Positions 47,932 through 58,253 of a stretch of 64,000 nucleotides of DNA are shown in pieces. The position numbers and the translations under genes were made by a program. The notes below the pieces were generated by a model. It saw nothing but the letters and a program-made list of their open reading frames with translations. It had not been told where the DNA came from and did no database searches. Positions within the stretch are counted from its first letter, which is position 1, and every line of letters starts with the position of its first letter. The stretch lies in assembly GCA_963790305.1 (NCBI GenBank), contig CAWBOC010000005.1:672001-736000 (forward strand). The letters run 5' to 3'. The DNA is from an uncultured Gemmatimonadaceae bacterium (GTDB lineage Bacteria; Gemmatimonadota; Gemmatimonadetes; Gemmatimonadales; Gemmatimonadaceae).

Positions 47932-49624
47932 ATGCGAATTCGCCCCGTCACAGCCCTCGTCGCGCTTCTCACTCTCCTCTCGGCATGCGCCTCGGCGGGC
48001 GCGCGGCGCGGCGATGACGGGGGGTTCAATGTCGTCATTACCGGCGGGCGGATCGTCGACGGCAGTGGTAATCCATGGTTTTATGGCGACGTCGGTATTC
48101 GGGGAGACCGCATCGCGCGCATCGCGCCGCGTGGCGCGCTCGCCAGCCGGTCAACCCGGCAGCGCATTGATGCGAGCGGCCTCGTCGTCGCCCCGGGATT
48201 CATCGACATCCAAAGTCATTCGCGCGGCGCCTTTCTCACCGGCGACAGTCGCGTCGTCAGCAAGGTGACGCAGGGCGTTACCACGGAGATACTCGGCGAA
48301 GGATCGACGAACGCCCCGGTCAACGACCTCACCCTAACGGGCGCTGACAGCGGCTGGCGCCGGCTCCACGAGCCGTTTCGCGGCGCCCGGGGCTTCGACG
48401 CCTGGCTACGCGCCATCGAGGCGCGCGGTGCGTCGACCAATTTCGGTTCGTTCGTGGGTGCGTCCACGATCCGCATGTACGGAAAGGGAATGGCTGAAGG
48501 CGCCGCCACGCGCGCTGAGCTCGACACCATGCGTGCGGCGATGGCGCGAGCGATGGAGGACGGGGCCTTCGGGCTCGCCTCCGCGCTCATCTATCCACCC
48601 GGTATCTTCGCGTCCACCGATGAGCTGGTCGAAGTCGCACAGGCAATGGCGCCCTACGGCGGTGTCTACATCACACACATGCGATCGGAAGCGGATCAGC
48701 TGCTGGAGGCGATCGACGAGGCGCTGACCATCGGCCGCCGCGCTGGCGTGCCGGTGGAGATCTATCACCTCAAAGCCGCGGGGCAGCGGAATTGGCACAA
48801 GGCGCCACTCGCCATCGCGAAGATCGATTCAGCGCGTCGGGCGGGGCAGGACGTCACCGCCGACATGTACGCGTACGTCGCTGGCGCGACGGATCTGTCG
48901 TCGTGCCTGCCGCCGTGGGCATCCGCCAATGGGAAGCTTCTCGACAACCTTCGCGACTCGGTGATGCGCGCACGCATCCACGCCGACGCCTCGCGCGAGT
49001 TCACCGAGTGGGAGAGTCTGTGCCGCCTCGCGACGCCCGAGGGTGTGATGGTGGTGTCCTTCGCGAAGGAAGAGAACAAGCCGCTCGAGGGGCTGCGCCT
49101 CGCGGACATCGCGACGCGGCGCGGAACCGATTGGGTAAATGTCGTGATCGACCTGACGATCGAGGAAGAGGACGGCATCGGCGGCATCTTCTTCATTGCG
49201 TCGGAGGAGAACCTGATGCTCCAAATGCGACAGCCCTGGATGAAGTTCGGCACCGATGCTGGCGGGCACGACCCCGAGCGTGCCCGGGGCATGACCCACC
49301 CGCGCGCGTACGGCAACTATCCGCGCGCACTCGGCAGATACGTGCGCGAGCACGGTGTGATGTCGCTCGAGGAGGCGGTCCGGAAGATGACGTCCGCGGT
49401 GGCGACGCGCCTGTCGATCGCTGACCGCGGCGTGCTTCGTGAGGGGACATTCGCGGACGTCGTCGTGTTCGACCCCGGAACGATCATCGATCGCGCGACC
49501 TACGAGCAGCCCGCACCAGGTCTCGGAGGGCGTGCGGCATGTTCTGGTGAACGGCGTCCCCGTCGTGAGCGATGGGCGACACACCGCTGCCACGCCCGGA
49601 CGCGCGGTGCGGAAGGAGAGGTGA
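47932..49624 (+). CDS. N-acyl-D-amino-acid deacylase family lipoprotein; frameshift ~49512
   Basis: LLSAC; GGRIVDGSG, APGFIDIQSH, QGVTTE, THMRSE, HPRAYG; C-terminus GVRHVLVNG in ORF 49439..49624. Confidence 0.88.
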
Positions 49625-49627
49625 TGC

Positions 49628-50608
49628 ATGATGATCTTTCTCGACGCGTCGACTATTCGCGAGCTGCTCTCGATCGAGACGTGTATCACGGCGGTCGAGC
49701 AGGCGTTTCGTCTTCACGGAGAAGGGAAGGCGCCGCAGCCTGGCGTCCTTGGCATTCACGCCGAGCATGGCACCTTTCACATCAAGGCGGGCGTGCTCGA
49801 GCTTGGCCGGAACTACTTCGCGGCGAAGACGAACGCGAATTTCCCGGGAAACGTCGAGCGCTACGGGCTGCCGACGATTCAGGGCGTCATCGCCCTGTTC
49901 GATGCCGACCGGGGAACTCCGCTGGCGATTCTCGACTCGCGCGAGATCACCAGCCTCCGCACCGGCGCCGCGACGGCGGTGGCGGCGAAGTATCTGGCGC
50001 GCGCGGACGCTTCGGTCGTGACGATCTGCGGATGTGGTGTGCAAGGTCGCACGCAGCTTGCCGCGGTGGCGACGGTGCGAAAGATCGAGCGCGTGTATGC
50101 CGTGGACCACAACGCCGAGACGGCGGCGCGGTTCGCCAGAGAAATGTCGAACGAGCTCGGCGTTCGTGTCATCGCCGAGCCTGATTTGGCGGTGGCGGCG
50201 CGCGCGAGCGACATCTGTGTTACCTGCACTCCGTCGCGTAAAGCGATCCTCGGTGCCGGCGACGTGAATCCCGGCGCCTTCGTCGCCGCTGTTGGAGCTG
50301 ACAATCCCGACAAGCAGGAGCTCGACCCGGCGTTGCTCGCGCGCTCAGCGGTCGTGGTCGACATTCTCGATCAGGCGGTGACGTCGGGCGATCTGCATCA
50401 TGCGATCGCCGCTGGCGTGATGACTTCCGAGGCCGTGCGCGCCGAGCTCGGTGCCGTAGTGGCCGGCAGGAATCGCGGCCGGCTGCACGACGATGAGATC
50501 GTGATCTTCGACAGCACCGGCACGGCACTTCAAGACGTGGCAGCTGCGGCGGCCGTCTACGAGAGAGCGATGACGGAAGGGTTGGCTTCGAGGCCATCGT
50601 TCACGTAA
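49628..50608 (+). CDS. Ornithine cyclodeaminase/mu-crystallin family protein
   Basis: FPGN, ITSLRTGAA, GCGVQG, AVGAD, FDSTGTALQD. Confidence 0.92.
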   Translation: MMIFLDASTIRELLSIETCITAVEQAFRLHGEGKAPQPGVLGIHAEHGTFHIKAGVLELGRNYFAAKTNANFPGNVERYGLPTIQGVIALFDADRGTPLAILDSREITSLRTGAATAVAAKYLARADASVVTICGCGVQGRTQLAAVATVRKIERVYAVDHNAETAARFAREMSNELGVRVIAEPDLAVAARASDICVTCTPSRKAILGAGDVNPGAFVAAVGADNPDKQELDPALLARSAVVVDILDQAVTSGDLHHAIAAGVMTSEAVRAELGAVVAGRNRGRLHDDEIVIFDSTGTALQDVAAAAAVYERAMTEGLASRPSFT

Positions 50609-50651
50609 GACAACTGCGAGCTGCGAGCAGCTCGCAGTTCGCAGCGCTTTA
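50606..50651. repeat. Short palindromic element with CTGCGAR 7-mer arms, copy 2
   Basis: Lies between the two convergent TAA stops. Confidence 0.7.
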
Positions 50652-51065
50652 TCGCCAGGCGCCGATAATCGCCCCCATGAGGATGACGTGCACGAGCTGG
50701 TAGCCGGCGTCGATCATGAAGGCCGCGGGGCGCTTGTTCGAGTAGAGGTTGCTGTTGAGCCCGATCGTGAACCCGAAGCCGAGCCACGCGAGGACGGCGA
50801 GGACGATCCCCTGCACAGCGGTGGTGGCTCCGGTGAGCTCCATCAGGAGCGCGATCACCATCGCCATGATCACGTAGGTAACGAACGAGAACGCGTAGGT
50901 CTTGCCCATGCTCGACTGCAGCCCGGCGAGCTGCTCGGGCGTGTATCCGTGTGCCGCCATCCATTGTCGTCCGAATAGCGACCGCGAATACCACAGCGCG
51001 CCGAGCGCGAACGCCGCGATGGCGGCGACGAGGATGGCGAGCCAGTTCACGTCGTTCTGCAGCAT
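50649..51065 (-). CDS. DUF1761-like membrane protein
   Basis: VNWLAILVAA..LGALWYS..LFGRQWM..IDAGY; GGAGG SD. Confidence 0.85.
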   Translation of the reverse strand: MLQNDVNWLAILVAAIAAFALGALWYSRSLFGRQWMAAHGYTPEQLAGLQSSMGKTYAFSFVTYVIMAMVIALLMELTGATTAVQGIVLAVLAWLGFGFTIGLNSNLYSNKRPAAFMIDAGYQLVHVILMGAIIGAWR

Positions 51066-51112
51066 GAGACCTCCGGCATCAGGGTGAGGGTGGCGCGCCG
51101 TCGCGCCAGAGC

Positions 51113-51210
51113 TACCAAGGTCGTCGAGGCTGTCGAGGATGTCCAGGTGAACGAACTGAAGTCTCTTCGATCACTTCGACGACCTCGATTACCTGGACGA
51201 CCTTTGGCTA
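51113..51210. repeat. GTCGAGGTN-family palindromic element, copy 2
   Basis: TA-CCAAGGTCGTCGAGG...CCTGGACGACCTTTGGC-TA; ends at the DinB TAG. Confidence 0.8.
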
Positions 51211-51732
51211 CAGGTACTTTTCCCGCAGCACACGCTCATGGTGCGCCACGTGGCCCGCGATCACGTAGGCCATCGCGCGGACGGAGACGACGAATCCGCT
51301 CGCGCTGCCGCGGCGGGCCAGCGCCTCAGGGTCGAGGTGATAGTAGAGATCGAGCGTCCCGGCGCGGAGGTGCGCGAACTCATCGGCCAGGCTGGCGAGG
51401 GTACGTGCGTTGAAGTTGCCCATCGGGACGTACTGGTCCTGCTCGAACGAGGCGAGCGGCGTCTCGTCGCCGCGCGCGAACCGGAGCGCGCGGTAGCTGA
51501 ACACGCGCTCGGTGTCGTTCACGTGCCCGATCATCTCCTTGACCGTCCACTTGTCGGGCGCATAACGATAATTGCCGCGGCCCTCGCCAAGCGACGTGAC
51601 GAGCTCTGGAAACTCGGTACCCTGCCGGGAGAGGATCTCGAAAATGTCGCCGTCGGGAACGCTTGCGACGTATCCCTCCTGATAGGGGGCGTACTCGCTC
51701 GCCGGCGGCCGCTCCAGCGTCACATGCGGCAT
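51208..51732 (-). CDS. DinB-family protein
   Basis: YRYAPDKWTVKEMIGHVNDTERVF..IAGHVAHH. Confidence 0.9.
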   Translation of the reverse strand: MPHVTLERPPASEYAPYQEGYVASVPDGDIFEILSRQGTEFPELVTSLGEGRGNYRYAPDKWTVKEMIGHVNDTERVFSYRALRFARGDETPLASFEQDQYVPMGNFNARTLASLADEFAHLRAGTLDLYYHLDPEALARRGSASGFVVSVRAMAYVIAGHVAHHERVLREKYL

Positions 51733-51739
51733 GTCGTCC

Positions 51740-53573
51740 TCACACCCGTTGCTTCTGGCGCGCGACCCACTCGCGAATGCGCGCATCGAGGATTCCCAGC
51801 GGAACGGCACCGGCGCCGAGCACCTCGTCGTGGAAGGTCCGCACGTCGAACGCGTCCCCCAGCTCACGCGTCGCGTAGTCGCGCAGCTCCCGAATCTTGA
51901 GCTGGCCGACCTTGTATGCGAGCGCCTGGCCGGGCCACGAGATGTAGCGGTCGACCTCCACCGTGATGTCGTGCAGAGGCTTGCTGCTGTTCGCCGCGAA
52001 ATAGTCGATGGCCTGCTGACGCGACCATCCCATGGAATGAAGCCCGGTGTCGATCACGAGCCGCACGGCACGCCACATGTCGTAGGTGAGCGCGCCGAAG
52101 CGCGAATACGGATCGGCGTACAACCCGAGATCATGTCCGAGCGATTCCGAGTAGAGTCCCCACCCTTCCACGAATGCGGTGAAGCCGAGAATGCTTGCGG
52201 AACTCGGGAACGTGCTCGAGCTCCTGCGCGATCGCGATCTGGAGATGGTGCCCGGGAACCGCCTCATGGACGGTGAGCGCCTCCATCTCCCACTTCGGGC
52301 GCGCCTTCAGATCGTAGGTGTTCGCGTAGAAGTATCCGGGCCGCCCCGCCTCGGGGGAGCCGGGCATGTAGTACGCGGTGGTGACATTGCGCTCGGAGTA
52401 CGCGGGCACCGCGATGACTCCGTACGGCATTCGTGGCAGACGACCGAACAGTCGGATGAGACCCGGATCGATGCGCTTCGCAATGTCCCGGTACTCGCGC
52501 AACAGGCTCGCCGTGTCCGTGAAGTAGAATCGCGGATCGGTCCGCAGGAACTGAATGAACTCGCCGAAGCTGCCCTTGAATCCCGTCTGGACCATGACGC
52601 TGTCCATCTCGCCGCGGATGCGCGCGACTTCGCGGAGGCCGAGCTCGTGGATCGCGCTCGCCGGCATGTCGGTCGTCGTGTACTGGCGGACGGCGAAGGC
52701 GTACCATCCTTCGCCATTCGGCAGAGCCGACAGGCCGATGCTCTCGCGAGCGCCCGGGACATACCGGTCAGCGATGAACCGATGGAGCTGACGCCAGGCA
52801 GGAAGCACCGAATCGCGCACCAGCGCCGTTCCGTGCTCACGCAATCGCAGACGTTCGGCTTCCGGAATCGCGGCCGGGAGTCTCGTGAGAGGCGCCATCA
52901 TCGCGCTCGTGGCGGGATCGTCGACGATCTGTCGTCCCACGGCATCGGCCACGCCGTGCAGCGTGACCCGCGGTGGTGTAATCCCGCGGGCGAGTCCCGT
53001 GTCGAGCAGGGCGATGACCTGCCTCACGAGCCTCGGGAACGTCTGCAGTCGTCCGAAGAGCGCATTGGCATCTTCGGCACGGTCGATCTTCATCAGCGAG
53101 ACGACATCCGGGATGTCGCGCTGAATACCGCTGAGCGCCGTGACCTGCAGGAGCTCGCCCGGAAAGCGCGCCTGCTCCGCCGCCATCTGGCCTTCATGCC
53201 GGAGCAGGTCGTAGGTCAGCCGGTCTGCCGCAGAGAGCCGTTGCCGATCGATCGTGTTGAGGACGCTGAGCGTTCGCCCCGCTTCGCGCTTGCGCCGCGC
53301 GATCGCGCTCGCGGAGAGGTCCGTCCACTGATGATCGTGTCCGGGATGCCCGATGAACGTCGCGAACTCCGGCGACTCCGTGACCTGCCACTCGAAGTAC
53401 AGCTCGGCCAGCTGGCGCAGCCGCAGTGAATCGTTCGAAGCGCGCGTGCGCTGGACCTGACCCAGCTCGCGGAAGCGCCGCTCCAGCTCAGCAAGCGATG
53501 GAGGGCGATGTTGGGCGGCGACCTCTGCCTGGAGGGTGACGAATAGCGCGAACGCGAGGAGAGCCGGGCGCAT
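51740..53573 (-). CDS. DUF885-family protein; frameshift ~52195
   Basis: HELGLREVARI, HEAVPGHHLQ, AFVEGWGLYSE, WRAVRLVIDTGLH, PGQALAYKVG. Confidence 0.9.
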
Positions 53574-53631
53574 GATTCGGGAAAGGCTGCGGTTTCCGAG
53601 AGTCTCGCGCAAGGGTCACGAACGAGGCCGA

Positions 53632-53734
53632 ACTGCATCACCACAGAGGCACGGAGGACACAGAGGAACCGCAAACTGCTCAAACAGCGGTTCGCGGTTC
53701 CTCTGTGTCCTCCGTGCCTCTGTGGTGATGCAGT
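53632..53734. repeat. CACAGAGG-family palindromic element, copy 2
   Basis: Same 20-bp termini as 47795-47889; lies between divergent genes. Confidence 0.92.
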
Positions 53735-53810
53735 CAGGCCCATGCGCGCCAGCCAAGCCGCCCCGAAGCACCCTTGCCCGCATCAGCGCCACCGCCACAA
53801 CCTCTACCGC

Positions 53811-55361
53811 ATGACAACCTCGAGCTGGACTACGTGCCTCATCACCGCCGCGATGATCTCGGCGCCCGCGGCCCTCGACGCGCAGACCCTCGACTCCGCG
53901 CCGCCGGTTCGCCGCGAGTTCCGGGGCGTTTGGGTCGCGTCGGTCGCGAACATCGATTGGCCTTCGCGGCCGGGACTCTCGACGTGGGAGCAACAGGAAG
54001 AGCTGCTTCGCGTGCTCAACCGGGGCGTCGCGCTCGGACTCAACGCCATCGTCCTCCAGATCCGTCCCGCCGCTGACGCGCTCTACCCCTCGCCGCACGA
54101 GCCGTGGTCCGAGTATCTCACCGGACGCCAGGGCGTTGCTCCGGAGCCCGCCTGGGATCCGCTCGCGTTCGCGGTCGAGGAGGCGCACCGGCGCGGCCTC
54201 GAGCTGCATGCCTGGTTCAATCCCTTCCGAGCGCGCCACCCGACGGCGACGTCCGAGCCCGCGCTCACCCACGTCGTACAGCGACAGCCCGAGCTCGTGG
54301 TCAGCTACGGAAGGCACCTCTGGCTCGATCCGGGTCTGCCAGCGGCGCGGACGTATTCCATCCGCGTCATCTCCGACGTCGTGCAGCGGTACGATATCGA
54401 TGGCGTGCAGATCGACGACTACTTCTACCCCTACAAGGAGCGCGACTCGTCAGGCACGCTGCTCGAGTTTCCGGACAGTCTCAGCTGGGCGCGCTACGTG
54501 GCGGGCGGGGGCGCGCTCTCGCGCGACGACTGGCGCCGCGGCAACGTCGACGCCTTCGTGCGCGACCTCTACCGCGCGATCAAACGCACCAAGCCACGAG
54601 TCAAGTTCGGTGTGAGCCCGTTCGGAATCTGGCGTCCGGGAAACCCTCCGACGATTCAAGGGTTCGACCCCTACGAGCAGATCTATGCCAATGCCCGCAA
54701 ATGGCTCGTCGAGGGGTGGGTCGACTACTTCGCTCCGCAGCTCTACTGGCCCATCCAGCCCCCTGCGCAAAGCTACCCCACGCTGCTCGCCTGGTGGGCC
54801 CAGGAGAATGTGAAGCGCCGTCACCTGTGGCCGGGGAATTTCTCCAGCCGTGTGGGCGCCGCCGACTCGACGCGCCGGTGGATGACGGGGGAGATTCTCG
54901 AGCAGGTGCGCCTGACGAGAGAGCATCCCGGCGCAACCGGCAACATCCACTTCAGCATGAAGGTCTTTCTCGAGAACCGGGACAGCATCGCCACCCAGCT
55001 CGGTCGGGGCGCATACGCCGAGCCTGCCCTCGTGCCATCGACGCCATGGCTCGACAGCATCCCGCCGCGCCGACCGACCGCTGTGGCGCGAACCGACTCG
55101 GTGACCGGGGGACTGAGCGTGCGCATGCTGCCGGCGGGGAAGGAGGGGATCTGGCGATGGATCGTGCGGATGCGCACCAGCGGCGCGTGGGTGACTCACA
55201 TCCTTCCCGGATGGCAGCGGTTGCATGCGGTGACGTTCGATGCGGTCTCGCCGCGACCCGACGAGATACTGGTGAGCGCCGTGGATCGTCTCGGAAACGA
55301 GAGTCGCGTCGTCCGCGTGCCTGTTCCCTCCAGGACCGGGACGACGCCGTCCGCCCCGTGA
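53811..55361 (+). CDS. GHL10/YddW-like glycoside hydrolase
   Basis: REFRGVWVASVANIDWPS, QIRPAADALY, LHAWFNPFR, DDYFYPY, SPFGIWR, PQLYW. Confidence 0.9.
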   Translation: MTTSSWTTCLITAAMISAPAALDAQTLDSAPPVRREFRGVWVASVANIDWPSRPGLSTWEQQEELLRVLNRGVALGLNAIVLQIRPAADALYPSPHEPWSEYLTGRQGVAPEPAWDPLAFAVEEAHRRGLELHAWFNPFRARHPTATSEPALTHVVQRQPELVVSYGRHLWLDPGLPAARTYSIRVISDVVQRYDIDGVQIDDYFYPYKERDSSGTLLEFPDSLSWARYVAGGGALSRDDWRRGNVDAFVRDLYRAIKRTKPRVKFGVSPFGIWRPGNPPTIQGFDPYEQIYANARKWLVEGWVDYFAPQLYWPIQPPAQSYPTLLAWWAQENVKRRHLWPGNFSSRVGAADSTRRWMTGEILEQVRLTREHPGATGNIHFSMKVFLENRDSIATQLGRGAYAEPALVPSTPWLDSIPPRRPTAVARTDSVTGGLSVRMLPAGKEGIWRWIVRMRTSGAWVTHILPGWQRLHAVTFDAVSPRPDEILVSAVDRLGNESRVVRVPVPSRTGTTPSAP

Positions 55362-55489
55362 TCGCGGGCTTTCGCGCGGCGTCCGAAGCGGTTCGCCCCG
55401 TTGTGCGGCGCCCTCACCGCACGGCGCGCGGCCCTCGCGGCAGCCGACGCTACCTTGCATCGTCGTCGACCCATGGAGGATTCGTTCGC

Positions 55490-56059
55490 ATGTTGGAGGC
55501 GCGCGACCGCGCGGTCGCTCCCACGGGATCGCTGTCGATCGATTCGCGTCGCTCGCGCCTCGCCTTCGACGTGCGCTACTTCGGATTCCTCCGCGTGCAG
55601 GGCGAGTTCCGCGACGTACGTGGAGAGATCTTCGGCATGGACCCGCACGCGCTCTCAGCCGAGTCGGTCACCGCGGTGGTGCCGATCGCCGGGCTCGCGA
55701 CCGGGATCCGGCTTCGCGACTGGCATCTGTGCAGCGCCGGCTATCTCGCCCTGCAGAAATGGCCCGAAGCGACCTTTCAGAGTGAGCGCATCGTCCCGGA
55801 CGGGCGCGCCGGGGCACGGGTCATCGGGACGTTGATCCTGCGGGGAGTGTCGCGCGAGGTCGTGCTCCACGTCGAGGAATGTCGATACAATGCCAGCGCA
55901 CGCCGGATGCGCGCTCGCGCCCGCGTCACCCTTCACCGGTCGGATTTCGGTGTCGGCCCATCTCGCCGCGCGCCCTGGTGGGACCCGCGCCGATACCTCA
56001 TCGACGATGAGGTGCGCCTCCTGCTCGACGTCGAAGCCGTCGAACGCGACGAGGTCTAG
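55490..56059 (+). CDS. YceI-family protein
   Basis: GGAGG SD; SRLAFDVRYFG..VQGEF, TGIRLRDWHL, GTLILRGVSREV, RSDFG. Confidence 0.8.
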   Translation: MLEARDRAVAPTGSLSIDSRRSRLAFDVRYFGFLRVQGEFRDVRGEIFGMDPHALSAESVTAVVPIAGLATGIRLRDWHLCSAGYLALQKWPEATFQSERIVPDGRAGARVIGTLILRGVSREVVLHVEECRYNASARRMRARARVTLHRSDFGVGPSRRAPWWDPRRYLIDDEVRLLLDVEAVERDEV

Positions 56060-57341
56060 ATGAACGAGGAGGGCATGCAGAGCGCCGCATCGGCTCGTCA
56101 CCTGCTGGACGTGCAGCGAGAGCGCGCCGAGCGCCTGCTCAATGGCGTGCGGGCCGGGGTGCTCGGATTGCTCGCGGTTGCGGCGCTCGCCTACGCACCG
56201 AGCCTCACGCCGGCGCTGAATCGCGTCAACGTCCTCGTGCTCACGCCGACGCTCGCGTGGACGGTCGGGCAGTTCCTGATCTTCTATCGACGGGAGCGGC
56301 TGCCGAGCTGGCTCTCCATCGCCAACCCGCTCGTCGACATCACGGCGGTGAGCGCAATCATTCTGGGATACGCGCTCGCGCAGTCGGCGGCGCTCGCGCT
56401 CAAGACGCCGATCTTTCTTTCGTACTTCGTCATCCTCGCCGCGCGACCGATCGCGTCATCCACCGCACGCGCAGCGCTGGTGTCCGCGCTCGCGGTGACG
56501 CAGTACGCGCTCCTGGCGCAGTTCTTCGTCATCTCGGGGCGCATCACCACGACATCGCCGCTCGCCGCGCCGGGTGGCTCCGGAGTTTCCCTGCTCGACG
56601 AGAGCGCGAAGCTGCTGTTGCTCGCTCTCGCCGGGGCGGTCGCGACGTATGCGACGGCGTGGCACGAGCGACTGGCGATCAGCTACTTCCGCCAGGCCCG
56701 AGACCGCGAGCAGCTCGAGGCTCGCCTGGCGCGTGCCCAGCTCCAGACGCTCAAGCTTCAGCTTCAGCCGCACTTTCTGTTCAACACACTCAACACGATT
56801 ACCGCGCTCATCGGCGTGGATCCACGTGTGGCCGAACGCATGGTATCGGGCTTGAGCGAGCTCCTGCGACTGTCGCTCCGGAATGCCGGCGAGCAGGAGG
56901 TGCCGCTGTCCCGCGAGCTCGAGCTCCTCGAGCACTATGTCGAGATCCAGCAGATCCGGTTTCGCGATCGCCTGACGGTGACGCTCGAGGTCGCGCCCGA
57001 CACAATGCAGGCGCTCGTCCCGAACTTCATTCTCCAGCCGCTGGTGGAGAACGCGATCCGCCACGGCATTGGCCCGCGTGCGGCGCCGGGACATGTCGAC
57101 TGTGCGTGCCTATCGAGAAAACGGCTCGCTGCACTTGCGCGTCGCCGATAATGGCGTCGGCGCCCGCGCACGACGGTCCGAGCCATCGGGCGAGGGGATC
57201 GGACTGGGCAACACGAAAGCGAGACTCGAGCACCTGTACGGCACCGATCACGCCTTCAGTGCGCAGGGCGGCACCGAGGGCGGCTTCGTCGTCGACATCG
57301 TCATCCCATTCCGCCCGCGCGCCGAGTCCGCGGGCGCCTAA
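56060..57341 (+). CDS. LytS-type membrane histidine kinase; frameshift ~57100
   Basis: TM region; LQPHFLFNTLN, LQPLVENAIRHG; DNGVG and GIGLGN in ORF 57069..57341. Confidence 0.9.
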
Positions 57342-57353
57342 CAGCTGGAGTAC

Positions 57354-58127
57354 ATGATGGAGCAGATTCGTACGCTGATCGTCGATGATGAGCCTCTGGC
57401 GCGCCAGCATCTGCGTGGCCTGCTCGCGGACGATCCCGACATCGCCGTGATCGGCGAGTGCGGCAACGGCCGCGACGCCGTGGAGGCGATTCGCGCCCAG
57501 CAGCCGTCGCTGGTGCTCCTGGACATCCAGATGCCCGAGCTCAATGGGCTGGCGGTCGTCGACGAGGTGGGGGCCGAGTCGATGCCGGCGACCATCTTCG
57601 TCACCGCGTTCGACGAATACGCGGTCAAGGCGTTCGACGCGCACGCGCTCGACTACGTGATGAAGCCGGTGAGCCGCGCCCGCTTCCATCAGGCCATCGA
57701 GCGCGCGAAGACGCAGCTGCGCGACCCGACGCCGGCGGCGCGTCCGCCGCTCGCGGCGCTGCTCGATCAGCTGCGCGTCGAGGGCACGGCGGTTCCGCGC
57801 CGCATCGCGCTCAAGCGTGATGGGAGGCTGCTCTTCGTGCGCATCGAGGACATCGACTGGATCGAGGCCGCTGATGACCACGTCGTGGTGCACGTCGGAC
57901 GGGAGCTGTACCGTCAGCGCGACACGCTCACCCGGCTCGAGCAGCGGCTGCCGCCGCACAAGTTCCTCCGCGTGCACCGCTCATCGATCGTCAACGTCGA
58001 TCGCATTCGCGAGATGCAGCCCTGGTTTCAGGGCGACTTCGTGCTGATTCTCGTCGACGGAACGCGGGTGACGACGGGGAGGAGCTATCGGGAGCGCGTG
58101 AGGGAGTTCATCGACCGGTCCATGTAG
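57354..58127 (+). CDS. LytTR-family response regulator
   Basis: IVDDEPLAR, LDIQMP, VTAFDEYA, FLRVHRSSIVN. Confidence 0.95.
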   Translation: MMEQIRTLIVDDEPLARQHLRGLLADDPDIAVIGECGNGRDAVEAIRAQQPSLVLLDIQMPELNGLAVVDEVGAESMPATIFVTAFDEYAVKAFDAHALDYVMKPVSRARFHQAIERAKTQLRDPTPAARPPLAALLDQLRVEGTAVPRRIALKRDGRLLFVRIEDIDWIEAADDHVVVHVGRELYRQRDTLTRLEQRLPPHKFLRVHRSSIVNVDRIREMQPWFQGDFVLILVDGTRVTTGRSYRERVREFIDRSM

Positions 58128-58253
58128 GGGTCGGGAGTCAGGAGTCAGGGGTCAGGGGGGGTCAGGGTGAAGGTTCGAGGGGACTGCTCGCGCAACTCCT
58201 GCAACCTCTCCCCTGCCACCCCCTGACCCCGGACTCCTGACTCCTGACCCCTA
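58125..58253. repeat. GGRGTCA-family palindromic element, copy 6
   Basis: TA-bounded; starts at the response regulator TAG. Confidence 0.9.

Noticed and set aside
47932..50184. 750-aa D-aminoacylase fusion
   Set aside because: After ~49512 the ORF is out of frame; the real C-terminus ends at 49624 and the cyclodeaminase gene is separate
54104..55489. N-terminal 462 aa of the 651-aa ORF
   Set aside because: It is an alternative frame over the GHL10 gene; only 55490..56059 (YceI) is supported
58145..58250. P450 C-terminal tail [10 protein letters not shown]...
   Set aside because: It is translated repeat DNA; a TAG at 58251-53 is one base out of frame and is probably the real stop
7738..58253. 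Repeats as a CRISPR array
   Set aside because: They are dispersed inverted elements with no repeat-spacer periodicity, and no cas genes are present
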